Shown piece after piece: positions 15,173 to 25,930 of a stretch of 64,000 nt of DNA (position 1 is the stretch's first letter; each line of letters opens with the position of its first letter). A program made the position numbers and the translations under genes. The stretch lies in the NCBI GenBank assembly GCA_902788275.1, contig CADAJV010000005.1:40609-104608 (forward strand), given 5' to 3'. Below the pieces are notes generated by a model. The model did no database searches, was not told the DNA's origin, and was given only the letters and a program-made list of their open reading frames with translations. The stretch comes from an uncultured Bacteroidales bacterium. GTDB taxonomy: Bacteria; Bacteroidota; Bacteroidia; Bacteroidales; Bacteroidaceae.

Positions 15173-17764
15173 ATGAAATCAGTTGTCCGCCTTTTTTTGA
15201 TTGCTGTTTTTGCGCTGTTGTGCCTCGGCATGCAGGCTGCTGCCGACAGGACTTTCAACAGTGCCAGGTTTGGAGCGCTGCCGCAGTTGCAGGTCAACGG
15301 TTCGCAGGGCGTGTCAGCCCCCTTTGCCGGGGTAAGCAACGGTCATGTGCTTGTGGCCGGTGGCTGCAATTTTCCCGGTGTGCCGGCTGCCGAAGGCGGC
15401 AGGAAGGTGTTCTATAGTGATGTTTATCTGCTTCAGGGCGACAGGGGATGGCAAAAGGTAGGCTCTCTGGCCGACAGCGTAGCCTACGGCGTAAGCGTGA
15501 GTGTGCCGGAGGGCGTGGTGATGATTGGCGGCACTAATGGCCGACAGAGCCTGTCGGCGGTTACCCTGCTCAGCTATGACGGCAGCAGGGTGGTGACGGC
15601 TGCGCTGCCCAAGCTGCCTGTGGCTCTCGACAATATGGCCGGTGCCTACGGCGGAGGCTACATCTATGTGGCTGGCGGCCAGACAGACGGTGTGGCTGCT
15701 AACAGGGCTTACCGCCTCAGGTATCCTGATGGCGGGCAGTGGGAGCGGCTGCCCGATTTTCCGGGCAAGCCCAGGCTGCAGCCGGTGGCTACGGTGCAGA
15801 ACGGCAGCGAGCGAGCACTCTTCTACCTGCTTGGCGGATACAGCGCTGACGGCACTGACGACGGCGGGGTTTGCTATGACCCGCTCTATAATACATGGCG
15901 CACCACGGCCCCTATCGTGGCTGGCGGTAAGCCGGTGGCTCTGGTGGGTGCCAATGCTGTGAATAGCGGCACGTCGTTTGTTGTCTGCATAGGCGGTGTT
16001 GACAAGGGCATCTTCGACCAGGCTCTTAAGGGCGCTGAGGCTGACTATATGACTCATGAGCCGTCGTGGTATAAGTTCCGTACTACCTTATTAATATATA
16101 ATACCATCACCGATACCTGGAGCGAGATGGAGGGTGACACTGCCCTGGCCCGCGCCGGCAGTGCCGTGGTGGACTATGTCAGCAACGGCAAGCACCGCTG
16201 GCTGGTGATTGACGGCGAGAGTAAGCCGGGTGTGCGCTCTGCTGAGGCTACCGAGGTGAGCGTAGATTATGATGCCAGCTTCGGGTGGCTCAACTGGGTG
16301 GTGCTCATTGTCTATCTGCTGGCTATGCTCGGACTGGGTTTCTACTTTATGCACCGCGAGAAGAACTCCGACGATTTCTTCACCGGCGGTGGCCGCATAC
16401 CGTGGTGGGCTGCGGGCATGAGCATCTTTGCCACCATGCTAAGCGCTATCACCTATATGTCCATCCCCGCCAAGGCTTACGCTACCGACTGGAAGTATTA
16501 TCCTATGCAGATTTTTATCCTCATAGTGGCCTTCCCCGTGATTACCTACTTCCTGCCCTTCTTCCGCAGACTTAAGATCAGCACGGCTTACGCCTACCTG
16601 GAGCAGCGTTTCTGCTACGGGGTGAGGGCTATGGCCAGTGCACTGTTTATCATCTTCATGGTAGCCCGTATGGCTCTGGTGCTCTTTCTGCCGTCGTTGG
16701 CTATGTCGGCAGTTACTGGCATAGACATCTTTGTGTGCATCATCCTTATGTCAGTCATCACCATAGCCTACTGCACCATGGGCGGTATGGAGGCTGTGGT
16801 GTGGGGCGACGTGGTGCAGGGCTTCATATTGATAGGCGGTGCATTGTTGGCAGCGGTCTTCCTTGTTACCCAGACGGAGGGCGGCTTCTCCGGATTCTGG
16901 GATATCGGTATGGCCAACGATAAGTTTGTGCTCTTTGATTTCAGCTTCGACTTCCGCTCAGCCACATTCTGGGTAATCGTGCTGGGCGGACTGGCCAACA
17001 ACCTCATCTCCTACACCTCCGACCAGACGGTAATACAGCGCTATATGACCACCAGCAGCGAGAAGGCTGCCTCCAAGAGTATTATCACAAACGGATTTCT
17101 GAGCATCTTCGTGAGCATCATCTTCTACACCATCGGCACGGGTCTCTACACCTTCTTCAAGACCCACCCGGAGTCTGTGGACATCACCATGCAGAAGACA
17201 GATGCCATCTTCCCCTTCTTCATGATGAGCCAGTTGCCCGCCGGATTGGCCGGACTGCTCATTGCAGCTCTCTTTGCCGCCACCATGAGCACTATCTCAA
17301 GCAATATCAACTCCATATCCACAGCCTTCACGATGGATATGTACAAGAAGATGCGCCCCAATATCAGCGACAAGAAAACCCTCAGCGTAGCCCGCTGGAC
17401 TGGTATCGTGTCAGGCCTTATAGGCACATTGATAGCCATCGTAATGGCGGTAGTGGATATCCAGTCGCTGCTCGACTACTTCAACACTATCCTCGGCCTG
17501 CTGACCGGAGCCATAGGCGGTCTCTTTATCATGGGTATCTTCTTCAAGCGCATCAATGCCACCACGTCGCTCATTGGCTTTATTGCCGGCACACTGGCGG
17601 TATTCTATATGAACTACTTTACCGATGCCAACTTCCTGCTGTTCGGATTTATCAGCATGTTTGTGTCGGTAGTGGTTGCACTGGTGCTCTCCCTCTTCTG
17701 GCATAACAAGAAAGACATCAACGGACTTACCTGGAAGACACTCGAAAAGGAAGCCGATGAATAA
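15173..17764 (+). CDS. Fusion protein: Kelch-repeat sialic acid mutarotase-like domain (NanM/YjhT-like) + sodium:solute symporter
   Basis: Start set at MKSVVRLFLIAVFALL (signal peptide). The 46 upstream codons of the tracked ORF are translated repeat DNA. The N-terminal ~370 aa carry Kelch-like GG/W repeats; the C-terminal ~490 aa form a multi-TM SSS fold. Confidence 0.75.
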   Translation: MKSVVRLFLIAVFALLCLGMQAAADRTFNSARFGALPQLQVNGSQGVSAPFAGVSNGHVLVAGGCNFPGVPAAEGGRKVFYSDVYLLQGDRGWQKVGSLADSVAYGVSVSVPEGVVMIGGTNGRQSLSAVTLLSYDGSRVVTAALPKLPVALDNMAGAYGGGYIYVAGGQTDGVAANRAYRLRYPDGGQWERLPDFPGKPRLQPVATVQNGSERALFYLLGGYSADGTDDGGVCYDPLYNTWRTTAPIVAGGKPVALVGANAVNSGTSFVVCIGGVDKGIFDQALKGAEADYMTHEPSWYKFRTTLLIYNTITDTWSEMEGDTALARAGSAVVDYVSNGKHRWLVIDGESKPGVRSAEATEVSVDYDASFGWLNWVVLIVYLLAMLGLGFYFMHREKNSDDFFTGGGRIPWWAAGMSIFATMLSAITYMSIPAKAYATDWKYYPMQIFILIVAFPVITYFLPFFRRLKISTAYAYLEQRFCYGVRAMASALFIIFMVARMALVLFLPSLAMSAVTGIDIFVCIILMSVITIAYCTMGGMEAVVWGDVVQGFILIGGALLAAVFLVTQTEGGFSGFWDIGMANDKFVLFDFSFDFRSATFWVIVLGGLANNLISYTSDQTVIQRYMTTSSEKAASKSIITNGFLSIFVSIIFYTIGTGLYTFFKTHPESVDITMQKTDAIFPFFMMSQLPAGLAGLLIAALFAATMSTISSNINSISTAFTMDMYKKMRPNISDKKTLSVARWTGIVSGLIGTLIAIVMAVVDIQSLLDYFNTILGLLTGAIGGLFIMGIFFKRINATTSLIGFIAGTLAVFYMNYFTDANFLLFGFISMFVSVVVALVLSLFWHNKKDINGLTWKTLEKEADE

Positions 17765-17788
17765 TATGTAAAACAAACCTCAAAACTT

Positions 17789-18961
17789 ATGATAGATTTC
17801 AAGCAACTGGCTCAGCAGTATAAGAGCGAGCTACTCGACAAAGTGTTGCCTTTCTGGCTCAACAACTCTCAGGACCGTCAGTTTGGCGGCTACTTCTCCT
17901 GCCTCGACCGTGACGGAAGTGTATATGACACCGACAAGTTTATATGGCTGCAGTGTCGCGAGGTGTGGATGTTTGCCAAACTCTACAATACTGTGGAGAA
18001 GCGTCAGGAGTGGCTTGACTGTGCCGTGCAGGGAGCCGGGTTCCTCAAGAAGTACGGTCACGACGGCAACTACAACTGGTACTTCGCCATTGACCGCGAG
18101 GGTCGTCCGCTGGTGGAGCCTTACAATATCTTTTCCTACACCTTTGCCGTCATAGCCTATGGCCAGTTGAGCATTGCCACCGGCTCGCAGGAGTATGCCG
18201 ACATTGCCCGCAAGACTTTTGACATCGTCCTTTCCAGGGTAGATAATCCCAAGGGACGCTGGAACAAAGCCGCTTCCGGAGCACGCGCCCTCAAGACCTT
18301 TGACCTGCCGATGATACTCTGCAATGTGTCGCTTGAGATAGAGCCGCTTATCGACCCCGATTTCCTACAGAAGACCATCGACGACTGCATCCATGAGGTG
18401 CTGGATGTGTTCTATCGCCCCGAACTCGGACTCATCGTGGAGGCTCTTGGTAAGGATGGTCAGCTTGTGGACTGCCTTGACGGTCGCAAGATGAACCCCG
18501 GTCACGCCATTGAGTCCACTTGGTTCCTTATGGACCTCGGCAAGCGTCTCAACCGCCCCGAACTTATCCAGAAAGCAGTAGAGATATCCTTGGCAGAGGT
18601 TAAGTATGGTTGGGACGAGAAGTACGAAGGCATCTTCTATTTCATGGACCGTCTGGGCAAACCGCGCCATGAGCTGGAGTTTGACCAGAAACTCTGGTGG
18701 GTGCATATTGAGACACTCATCTCGATGCTCAAGGGTTATCAGCTTACCGGCAACAAGGAGTGCCTAGAGTGGTTTGAGCGTATCCATGACTACACTTGGA
18801 GCCATTTTGCTGATCCCGAATATCCCGAATGGTACGGATATCTCAACCGTCAAGGCGAGGTGCTGCTGCCCCTTAAGGGCGGTAAGTGGAAGGGCTGCTT
18901 CCATGTGCCCCGTGGTCTGATGAACTGCTGGCTGATGCTTGAAGAAATAGCAAACAGATAA
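17789..18961 (+). CDS. N-acylglucosamine 2-epimerase (AGE/renin-binding-protein family)
   Basis: Alpha/alpha-barrel AGE motifs (FWLNNSQDRQFGGYF, HAIESTWFL, GKWKGCFHVPR) in a sialic-acid locus. Confidence 0.8.
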   Translation: MIDFKQLAQQYKSELLDKVLPFWLNNSQDRQFGGYFSCLDRDGSVYDTDKFIWLQCREVWMFAKLYNTVEKRQEWLDCAVQGAGFLKKYGHDGNYNWYFAIDREGRPLVEPYNIFSYTFAVIAYGQLSIATGSQEYADIARKTFDIVLSRVDNPKGRWNKAASGARALKTFDLPMILCNVSLEIEPLIDPDFLQKTIDDCIHEVLDVFYRPELGLIVEALGKDGQLVDCLDGRKMNPGHAIESTWFLMDLGKRLNRPELIQKAVEISLAEVKYGWDEKYEGIFYFMDRLGKPRHELEFDQKLWWVHIETLISMLKGYQLTGNKECLEWFERIHDYTWSHFADPEYPEWYGYLNRQGEVLLPLKGGKWKGCFHVPRGLMNCWLMLEEIANR

Positions 18962-18964
18962 GTT

Positions 18965-19426
18965 ATGATTATTGCAAGAATAGACGATGCCGAACGCTAT
19001 AATGCGCTCCATCCGTTGCTTAAGCCATTGTTTGACTATGTGCGGGAGCATGATTTGTTACACGCTCCGGCAGGGCGCATAGAGTTGCGGGGCGACGATC
19101 TCTTTATCAATGTTAACGACTCAGTACTTGTCAGTCGTGAGGAACAGAAACTGGAGGTGCACCGCCGCTATATCGACGTGCACTTCCCCCTCAGCAGTGC
19201 CGAGGACTTCGGCTGGCGCCACCTCTCCACATTGGGAGAGAGCGATGCGCCTTTTGACGAAACCAACGACTTTGCGCTTTACACTGCTCCTGCCGACAAG
19301 TGGTTTACGCTTTGTCCTGGTGAGTTCTGTATGGTGTGGCCTGATGATGCCCATGCCCCGGTGGTCAAGCCAGCTGATGCTGCTGGCTCAGACATCCGCA
19401 AGCTGGTGGCCAAGATACGCATCTGA
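18965..19426 (+). CDS. YhcH/YjgK/YiaL family protein (sialic acid anomerase-like, DUF386)
   Basis: 153-aa beta-barrel family signature (HRRYIDVHFPL..., PGEFCMVWPDDAHAP) and nan context. Confidence 0.7.
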   Translation: MIIARIDDAERYNALHPLLKPLFDYVREHDLLHAPAGRIELRGDDLFINVNDSVLVSREEQKLEVHRRYIDVHFPLSSAEDFGWRHLSTLGESDAPFDETNDFALYTAPADKWFTLCPGEFCMVWPDDAHAPVVKPADAAGSDIRKLVAKIRI

Positions 19427-19442
19427 TAACTCCCAATTCCAA

Positions 19443-19519
19443 GCCTCTCCCTAACCCTCCCCTCAAGGGAGGGAACCCTGGCGCCAGAGTTCTCCCCTTG
19501 AGGGGGAGTTAGAGGGGGC
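19443..19519. repeat. Triple-hairpin element with CTGGCGCCAG core, copy 1
   Basis: Outer arms GCCTCTCCCTAAC / GTTAGAGGGGGC enclose CCTCCC-CTCAA-GGGAGG, CTGGCGCCAG and CTCCCC-TTGA-GGGGAG. Related copies at 54082-54158 and 59973-60049. Confidence 0.8.
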
Positions 19520-19551
19520 CCTCCTAACTCCTAACTCGTAACTCCTAACTC
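19520..19551. repeat. TAACTCC heptamer array directly upstream of the AraC-family gene ATG
   Basis: cctcctaactcctaactcgtaactcctaactcaa ATG. Confidence 0.85.
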
Positions 19552-19553
19552 AA

Positions 19554-20402
19554 ATGACACTTGACCCGCGCAGTGTGGTGATGGCCGACACCCTTGAGGG
19601 GTTAGGCACTGATGCCTTATCTCGTTATTATGTCTTGATTCTTTGTCTTAAAGGCACTGCCTGCTTTATGTTTAACAAAAGCAAGTACGTCATCCGCAAG
19701 GGTGATGCCGTTGCCATCGTGGTGGGAGAGATGGTGCATGATGTGACATGGAGTGCCGACCTCATGGTCAAGGTGGCGTATATCAGTCCTGAGCTGATAG
19801 CCCTCAGTACACCGTCGCAAACCAATTTTGGCATGAGTGGTTTTGTGACCCTTTTCCATCACCCTGTGGCCCATCTGATGGAGAGAGAGCAGAAATCATG
19901 CCTCCGGCAATTCATGGAGCTGGAGCGCCGGTTGAAGATGACCTATCACTACTTCTACTGGGAGTGTGTGATAATGGTTCTTCAGGGATTCTATTACGAT
20001 ATCTACAATGTGCAGTACAGAATTTACGGCGATGAAATGATGCCGCTGCAGAGTGCCAATATAGTCGGGCAGTTCATCGATATGTTGCGCAACGGCGATT
20101 ACCGTAAGTATCGCCAGATGGCCTATTATGCCGACAAGTTGAACATATCTTCCAGGCATCTGTCGGAGGTGGTTAGCAAAAACACCGGCATCACCCCAAA
20201 CCGCTGGATAAACATGATGGTAAGTCTTGACATCTCCCACGAACTGCGCAATTCCACCATTTCCATTAGTGAAATAGCATATAAGTTTCATTTCTCTTCG
20301 CTGTCTTACTTCGTTCGTTTTGTGCAGAAGAATCTCGGTGCAACTCCCACGGATATCAGGGGGCGCCATCATGTAAAACAGGAGGAAAAATATTGCAAAT
20401 AA
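19554..20402 (+). CDS. AraC family transcriptional regulator
   Basis: N-terminal cupin-like region and a C-terminal double HTH (YADKLNISSRHLSEVV..., IAYKFHFSSLSYFVRFVQK). Confidence 0.8.
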   Translation: MTLDPRSVVMADTLEGLGTDALSRYYVLILCLKGTACFMFNKSKYVIRKGDAVAIVVGEMVHDVTWSADLMVKVAYISPELIALSTPSQTNFGMSGFVTLFHHPVAHLMEREQKSCLRQFMELERRLKMTYHYFYWECVIMVLQGFYYDIYNVQYRIYGDEMMPLQSANIVGQFIDMLRNGDYRKYRQMAYYADKLNISSRHLSEVVSKNTGITPNRWINMMVSLDISHELRNSTISISEIAYKFHFSSLSYFVRFVQKNLGATPTDIRGRHHVKQEEKYCK

Positions 20403-20490
20403 GACTCTTGACAGTATTAAAAAATCTTAAGCGGTCAAAAAATGAAATAAAAACCGAAAAATGTGAAAATTCGCTTAGGCAAAATTTAGG

Positions 20491-20498
20491 TACTTTTG
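20491..20498 (+). promoter_or_regulatory. Candidate -7 box TACTTTTG
   Basis: Exact TAnnTTTG 33 nt before the ATG at 20531. Supports the shorter start. Confidence 0.5.
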
Positions 20499-20530
20499 CA
20501 CCGAAAGTTCTTTTTTTATCAAATACAACC

Positions 20531-20929
20531 ATGAATACTTTCGGAAAATTGCCGCACGGTCTTGAGCCGGAGAGCAGAAATAGCGTCTTGGAAGAGAGGC
20601 TCGACAAGCTCGCTAAGGAAACGGATTTTTATTTGCAGCCAGACATTAACATGGACGAGGTGGCTCTTCGTCTTGCCACTAATCGCACCTATCTGTCGCG
20701 CATGATTAATCAGAAGAAAGGATGCAGTTTCAGTGACTACATCAACGAACTTCGTTTGGAAAAGGCCTATAGCCTCTTCTCTACGCCCGGCTATATGCGT
20801 AGCCACAGCATTGGTGACCTGGCAGAGGGTAGCGGCTTTGCATCGGTGGCTACGTTCCGTCGTGCCTTTGTTAAGAAGTATGACGAGACACCGCTTTTCT
20901 ATATAAACAAATACGGTTTCAAGAAATAG
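20531..20929 (+). CDS. AraC-type HTH domain protein (no sensor domain)
   Basis: MNTFGKL... start. AraC HTH motifs (VALRLATNRTYLSRMI, DLAEGSGFASVATFRRAFVKKY). Confidence 0.65.
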   Translation: MNTFGKLPHGLEPESRNSVLEERLDKLAKETDFYLQPDINMDEVALRLATNRTYLSRMINQKKGCSFSDYINELRLEKAYSLFSTPGYMRSHSIGDLAEGSGFASVATFRRAFVKKYDETPLFYINKYGFKK

Positions 20930-20962
20930 CGTGGTGCAGGTTTAGGCCTGTGTATGCCGAAA

Positions 20963-21006
20963 CGGCGAGGGAGTACCCGTACACGGTGCGCCTTCGCTGT
21001 TTTTTC
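20963..21006 (+). terminator. Imperfect hairpin plus T7 tract
   Basis: CGGCGAGGG ... CCTTCGCTG (7 of 9 positions pair) with an inner CCGT-ACA-CGG, followed by TTTTTTC. Confidence 0.45.
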
Positions 21007-21098
21007 TTTCTCTGTGTAATATTTTGCCAGCAAGGGTTTTATTGCTAACTTCGCACCTGCAATGTATATAGCATGACACATGTTAATAATTTGCCATT

Positions 21099-22289
21099 AT
21101 GAAAAAGAATGCAGTTAAAGTGCGAAAGAGATTACTCCTTGTTTTTTTGTCGCTCTTTCTGTCCATCGGTGCTACGGCGCAGCAGTCTTTGGTCAGTCCG
21201 CTGCGTATGATAGAGGCAGACAGCGTGGAGCTGTATGACTTTTTCTGGTGCGATGCCGCCAGGTGGGCTGACACCGTAGCATGCGACAGCGTTAGGGCTT
21301 GGCCGTGGCAGCCTGCAAAGTTGGACTCCGTGCAGCTTACAGCCAGAGTGGCAGAGTGGGAAGGTAGGCTTCGTACTATGAGACTGCAGGGCACTATGAC
21401 TGACACATTGCGCAGTGTGAATGATGTCTTGCCGATGCTGTGCGAAAGTGTAGAGCTGGGCCTGCAAACCCGCGAGGCACGTTTTTTTGACGTGGCGGAG
21501 AGGATTCTGGCAAATCCCGTGATGAGAATGAAGAATTTCTACGAGTCGTGGAAAACCGGCCATAGTGAGTTGGCTGGTGTGCTGCGTTCGGTGGGCAGCG
21601 TGGCCTACGCCACTCAGGCTCACGATGTATATATAAATATGTTTGTGCGTAGCAATGTCCATGTGGTTAACGACGACATAGATTTCTATATGCAGGTGTT
21701 CAACGGAAGCCCGTGGTATAACGACACTAGCATCCGCATCACCAAAGATATGAACCCCATTGAGGCGACTGCTGACACGGTGCTGTCGCACTATCAGCGT
21801 CTGATAGTGAGAGAGGAGGCCGCCCCTGACAGTGTTGACATCAATTTCCACATACGCATACCCTCATGGGCTAACAGCCAGAACATGCTGCCCCGTTACA
21901 CGGTCAGGGCAAAGAGGCAACCGGTGATCTTCTATGTCAACGGCTCAGTGGTAATGCCCCAGATGGAGAAAGGCTATGCCGTCATTCGTGGTCGCTGGGC
22001 TGTGCATGATCTTATCACTATCAAGATGCCCACCCCCATATTGCGAGTGTCAGACCGTGAGACTCCCGGTATGGTAGCCTTGCAGCGGGGACCGATAGTG
22101 TATAACTCCACTAGCATGTTAAGCGACATAGTGTTTGATGCCGCCAGTCCTGTCAGACATTATTTTGACCGTGACGTCAACGCTATCGTGCTTCAGGGTA
22201 ACATTGAAAGCCGATATGGTAAGGTAAAGAACGACTTCGTTCCTTACTACGGGATATTACATGACAGAATTTTTGTGCAAGCTAAATAG
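21099..22289 (+). CDS. Secreted protein resembling the C-terminal beta-sandwich part of DUF1680/GH127 enzymes
   Basis: Signal peptide. VYINMFVRSNV, HIRIPSWA, GYAVIRGRWAVHDLITIKMP and VALQRGPIVY resemble the GH127 C-terminal pattern. The N-terminal catalytic barrel appears short or absent. Confidence 0.4.
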   Translation: MKKNAVKVRKRLLLVFLSLFLSIGATAQQSLVSPLRMIEADSVELYDFFWCDAARWADTVACDSVRAWPWQPAKLDSVQLTARVAEWEGRLRTMRLQGTMTDTLRSVNDVLPMLCESVELGLQTREARFFDVAERILANPVMRMKNFYESWKTGHSELAGVLRSVGSVAYATQAHDVYINMFVRSNVHVVNDDIDFYMQVFNGSPWYNDTSIRITKDMNPIEATADTVLSHYQRLIVREEAAPDSVDINFHIRIPSWANSQNMLPRYTVRAKRQPVIFYVNGSVVMPQMEKGYAVIRGRWAVHDLITIKMPTPILRVSDRETPGMVALQRGPIVYNSTSMLSDIVFDAASPVRHYFDRDVNAIVLQGNIESRYGKVKNDFVPYYGILHDRIFVQAK

Positions 22290-22313
22290 GTTTGGCATAC
22301 TTCTTGCTTAAAG

Positions 22314-22346
22314 TTTGTTTGCAGCGTTGAGTTCGCTGCAAACAAA
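22314..22346 (+). terminator. Hairpin TTTGTTTGCAGCG-loop-CGCTGCAAACAAA between the GH127-like gene and groES
   Basis: 13-bp perfect stem with no clear T tract. Does not match CIRCE. Confidence 0.35.
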
Positions 22347-22380
22347 TGGAAAAACTTATAAACCTAAAAAACAATAAGCA

Positions 22381-22653
22381 ATGAAACTAAAACCATTAGC
22401 AGACAGAGTTCTGATTAGTCCGGCTCCCGCTGAGACCCAGACTGCAAGCGGTATCATCATTCCCGATACTGCAAAAGAGAAACCCCTTCAGGGCACGGTA
22501 GTTGCCGCCGGTGAAGGCAAGGAAGACGAGAAGATGATTCTCAAGGCAGGTGACCAGGTGCTTTATGGCAAGTACGCCGGCACCGAGATAGAATTTGAGG
22601 GCGAGAAATACCTCATCATGCGCCAGAGTGACGTAGTGGCAGTAATTGAATAG
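22381..22653 (+). CDS. groES: Co-chaperonin GroES
   Basis: MKLKPLADRVLI...GIIIPDTAKEKP... Confidence 0.95.
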   Translation: MKLKPLADRVLISPAPAETQTASGIIIPDTAKEKPLQGTVVAAGEGKEDEKMILKAGDQVLYGKYAGTEIEFEGEKYLIMRQSDVVAVIE

Positions 22654-22704
22654 AAGAGAAGTAAGGAAAAAAGGAGAAAAAGGAGTAAGGAGTAAGGGAG
22701 TAAG
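22654..22704. repeat. GGAGTAAG-type array (SD-like UAAGGAG reiterated) upstream of the four-helix-bundle gene
   Basis: gaagagaagtaaggaaaaaaggagaaaaaggagtaaggagtaagggagtaag. Its inverse partner is at 23112-23160. Confidence 0.9.
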
Positions 22705-22715
22705 TTATTTAGTCA

Positions 22716-23084
22716 ATGACTAGTTCTTTCAAAGATATCATCGCGTGGCAGAAGGCTCACCAGTTTGTCCTGCTTGTTTACAAGGCAACAGCGTGCTTTC
22801 CCGATTGCGAGAAGTTTTCTTTGGTCTCTCAGTTTCAGCGTGCCGCGGTTTCAATACCTGCCAATATTGCAGAGGGATACCGCAAGGATGGTGTGGGAGA
22901 CAAACTCCGTTTCCTTAATATATCTCAAGGTAGCCTTGAAGAGTGTCGCTATTATATTTTGCTTTCCAAAGACTTGGGATACATCTCCGAAGAAACTTAT
23001 AATATTCTACAGGAAAACATAGAAGAGACAAGCAAACTACTAAACGCCTATTATACTGCAATACGCAGTAATCATGGAAGATAA
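22716..23084 (+). CDS. Four helix bundle protein (23S rRNA IVS protein / Avd-like family), copy 2, inserted between groES and groEL
   Basis: AWQKAHQFV, QFQRAAVSIPANIAEGY and GSLEECRYY motifs. AT-rich relative to groES and groEL. Confidence 0.85.
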   Translation: MTSSFKDIIAWQKAHQFVLLVYKATACFPDCEKFSLVSQFQRAAVSIPANIAEGYRKDGVGDKLRFLNISQGSLEECRYYILLSKDLGYISEETYNILQENIEETSKLLNAYYTAIRSNHGR

Positions 23085-23097
23085 TCAATCAACTTTG

Positions 23098-24807
<1,710 letters not shown>

Positions 24808-24811
24808 ATGA

Positions 24812-24878
24812 TAAGGAGTAAAGGAGTAAGGAGTAAAGGAGTAAAGGAGTAAGGGAGTAAGGGAGTAAAGGAGTTAAG
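24812..24878. repeat. GGAGTAAR array (about 8 units) immediately after the groEL stop
   Basis: taaggagtaaaggagtaaggagtaaaggagtaaaggagtaagggagtaagggagtaaaggagttaag. Confidence 0.9.
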
Positions 24879-24931
24879 TCGATACTCCGCGACTCCGCAA
24901 CTTTGCAACAATAAAAAACTCTGAGTCGAGT

Positions 24932-24971
24932 CCCCTCTATCCCCCCTCACGGGGAGGCAGAGGGGGCTTTT
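24932..24971 (+). terminator. CCCCTCT...AGAGGGGGC hairpin + TTTT (partial member of the triple-hairpin family)
   Basis: cccctctatcccccctcacggggaggcagagggggctttt. Plausible groEL terminator. Confidence 0.45.
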
Positions 24972-25145
24972 GTTCTCTTTTCTCTTTTCTCTGTTATCTG
25001 ACTCAGACAGGAACCCCTGCGGAGCCGGGTTAGGGACGGGGCTTGGAGTCAGAGGGGCTTCCCTTCCAAAAGAGTGCCGGCAAGAAAAATTAAACAGTGT
25101 AGATTAATTTTGGCTGTAAGACTGCGGAGTTATGAAAATAATCCG

Positions 25146-25153
25146 TATCTTTG
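25146..25153 (+). promoter_or_regulatory. Candidate -7 box TATCTTTG about 200 nt upstream of rubrerythrin
   Basis: Exact TAnnTTTG. If it is used, the two 48-bp CTTACTCC modules lie in the 5' leader. Confidence 0.35.
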
Positions 25154-25196
25154 CCCAAAGTTAATCACTGTTTTAATCCTCGGGTAGGGCAGTATC

Positions 25197-25327
25197 GGAG
25201 CAGCGAGTAATCAACTTACTCCTAACCTCCTTACTCCTTACTCCTAAAAAATAAGAACCAACTGGAGTTGAAGTCAGGAATTGCAGCGAGTAATCAACTT
25301 ACTCCTAACCTCCTTACTCCTTACTCC
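25197..25327. repeat. Two further copies of the 48-bp GGAGCAGCGAGTAATCAACTTACTCCTAACCTCCTTACTCCTTACTCC module (25197-25244, 25283-25327)
   Basis: Near-identical to each other and to 23112-23159. Confidence 0.9.
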
Positions 25328-25355
25328 AATAACTAATCACTAACCCCTAACAACT

Positions 25356-25904
25356 ATGAACAAGAAATTTATTTGCACCGTGTGCGGCTATGTACACGAA
25401 GGACCCACCCCCCCCGAGCGCTGCCCCCAGTGCGGCGTGCCCGCAGCCAAGTTTAAGGAACTCAAGGAAGACGCCGTCAACTATGCTGCAGAGCATACTT
25501 TGGGCGTAGCTAAGGGTTGCGATGATGAGATGATTACTGATCTCAATGCCCATTTCAAGGGCGAGTGCAGTGAGGTAGGCATGTATCTGGCCATGTCGCG
25601 CCAGGCCGACCGCGAGGGCTATCCCGAGATTGCCGAGGCTTTCAAGCGCTACGCTTTTGAGGAAGCCGAGCATGCTGCCAAGTTTGCCGAGCTGCTGGGC
25701 GATGTCGTTTGGGACACAAAGACCAACCTGGAGAAGCGTGCCGCTGCTGAGGCCGGAGCTTGCGAGGACAAGACCCGCATCGCCAAGCGTGCCAAGGCTC
25801 TCAATCTCGATGCCATCCACGACACCGTACACGAAATGGCCCGCGATGAGGCACGTCACGGACAGGGCTTTGCCGGCCTCCTCAAACGCTACTTCGGCAA
25901 GTAA
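25356..25904 (+). CDS. Rubrerythrin family protein with N-terminal rubredoxin-like domain (reverse rubrerythrin layout)
   Basis: CTVCGY...CPQCG at the N-terminus, then a ferritin-like four-helix domain with EEAEHA and DEARHG motifs. Confidence 0.85.
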   Translation: MNKKFICTVCGYVHEGPTPPERCPQCGVPAAKFKELKEDAVNYAAEHTLGVAKGCDDEMITDLNAHFKGECSEVGMYLAMSRQADREGYPEIAEAFKRYAFEEAEHAAKFAELLGDVVWDTKTNLEKRAAAEAGACEDKTRIAKRAKALNLDAIHDTVHEMARDEARHGQGFAGLLKRYFGK

Positions 25905-25930
25905 GAGACAGGGAGAGACATACACTTGGG

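Noticed and set aside
19443-19519. tRNA or tRNA-like gene (outer stem plus three hairpins, about 77 nt)
   Set aside because: It lacks the conserved D-loop and T-loop (GTTCRANYC) sequences, an anticodon-loop geometry and a CCA context. It is multi-copy with variable cores, so it is treated as a repeat.
20393-20530. Long start (20393) for the second AraC-type gene
   Set aside because: The upstream 46 codons overlap the end of the previous gene and contain a TACTTTTG -7 box at 20491. The ATG at 20531 is preferred.
22314-22346. CIRCE (HrcA operator) upstream of groES
   Set aside because: The hairpin TTTGTTTGCAGCG/CGCTGCAAACAAA does not match TTAGCACTC-N9-GAGTGCTAA. It more likely terminates the upstream gene.
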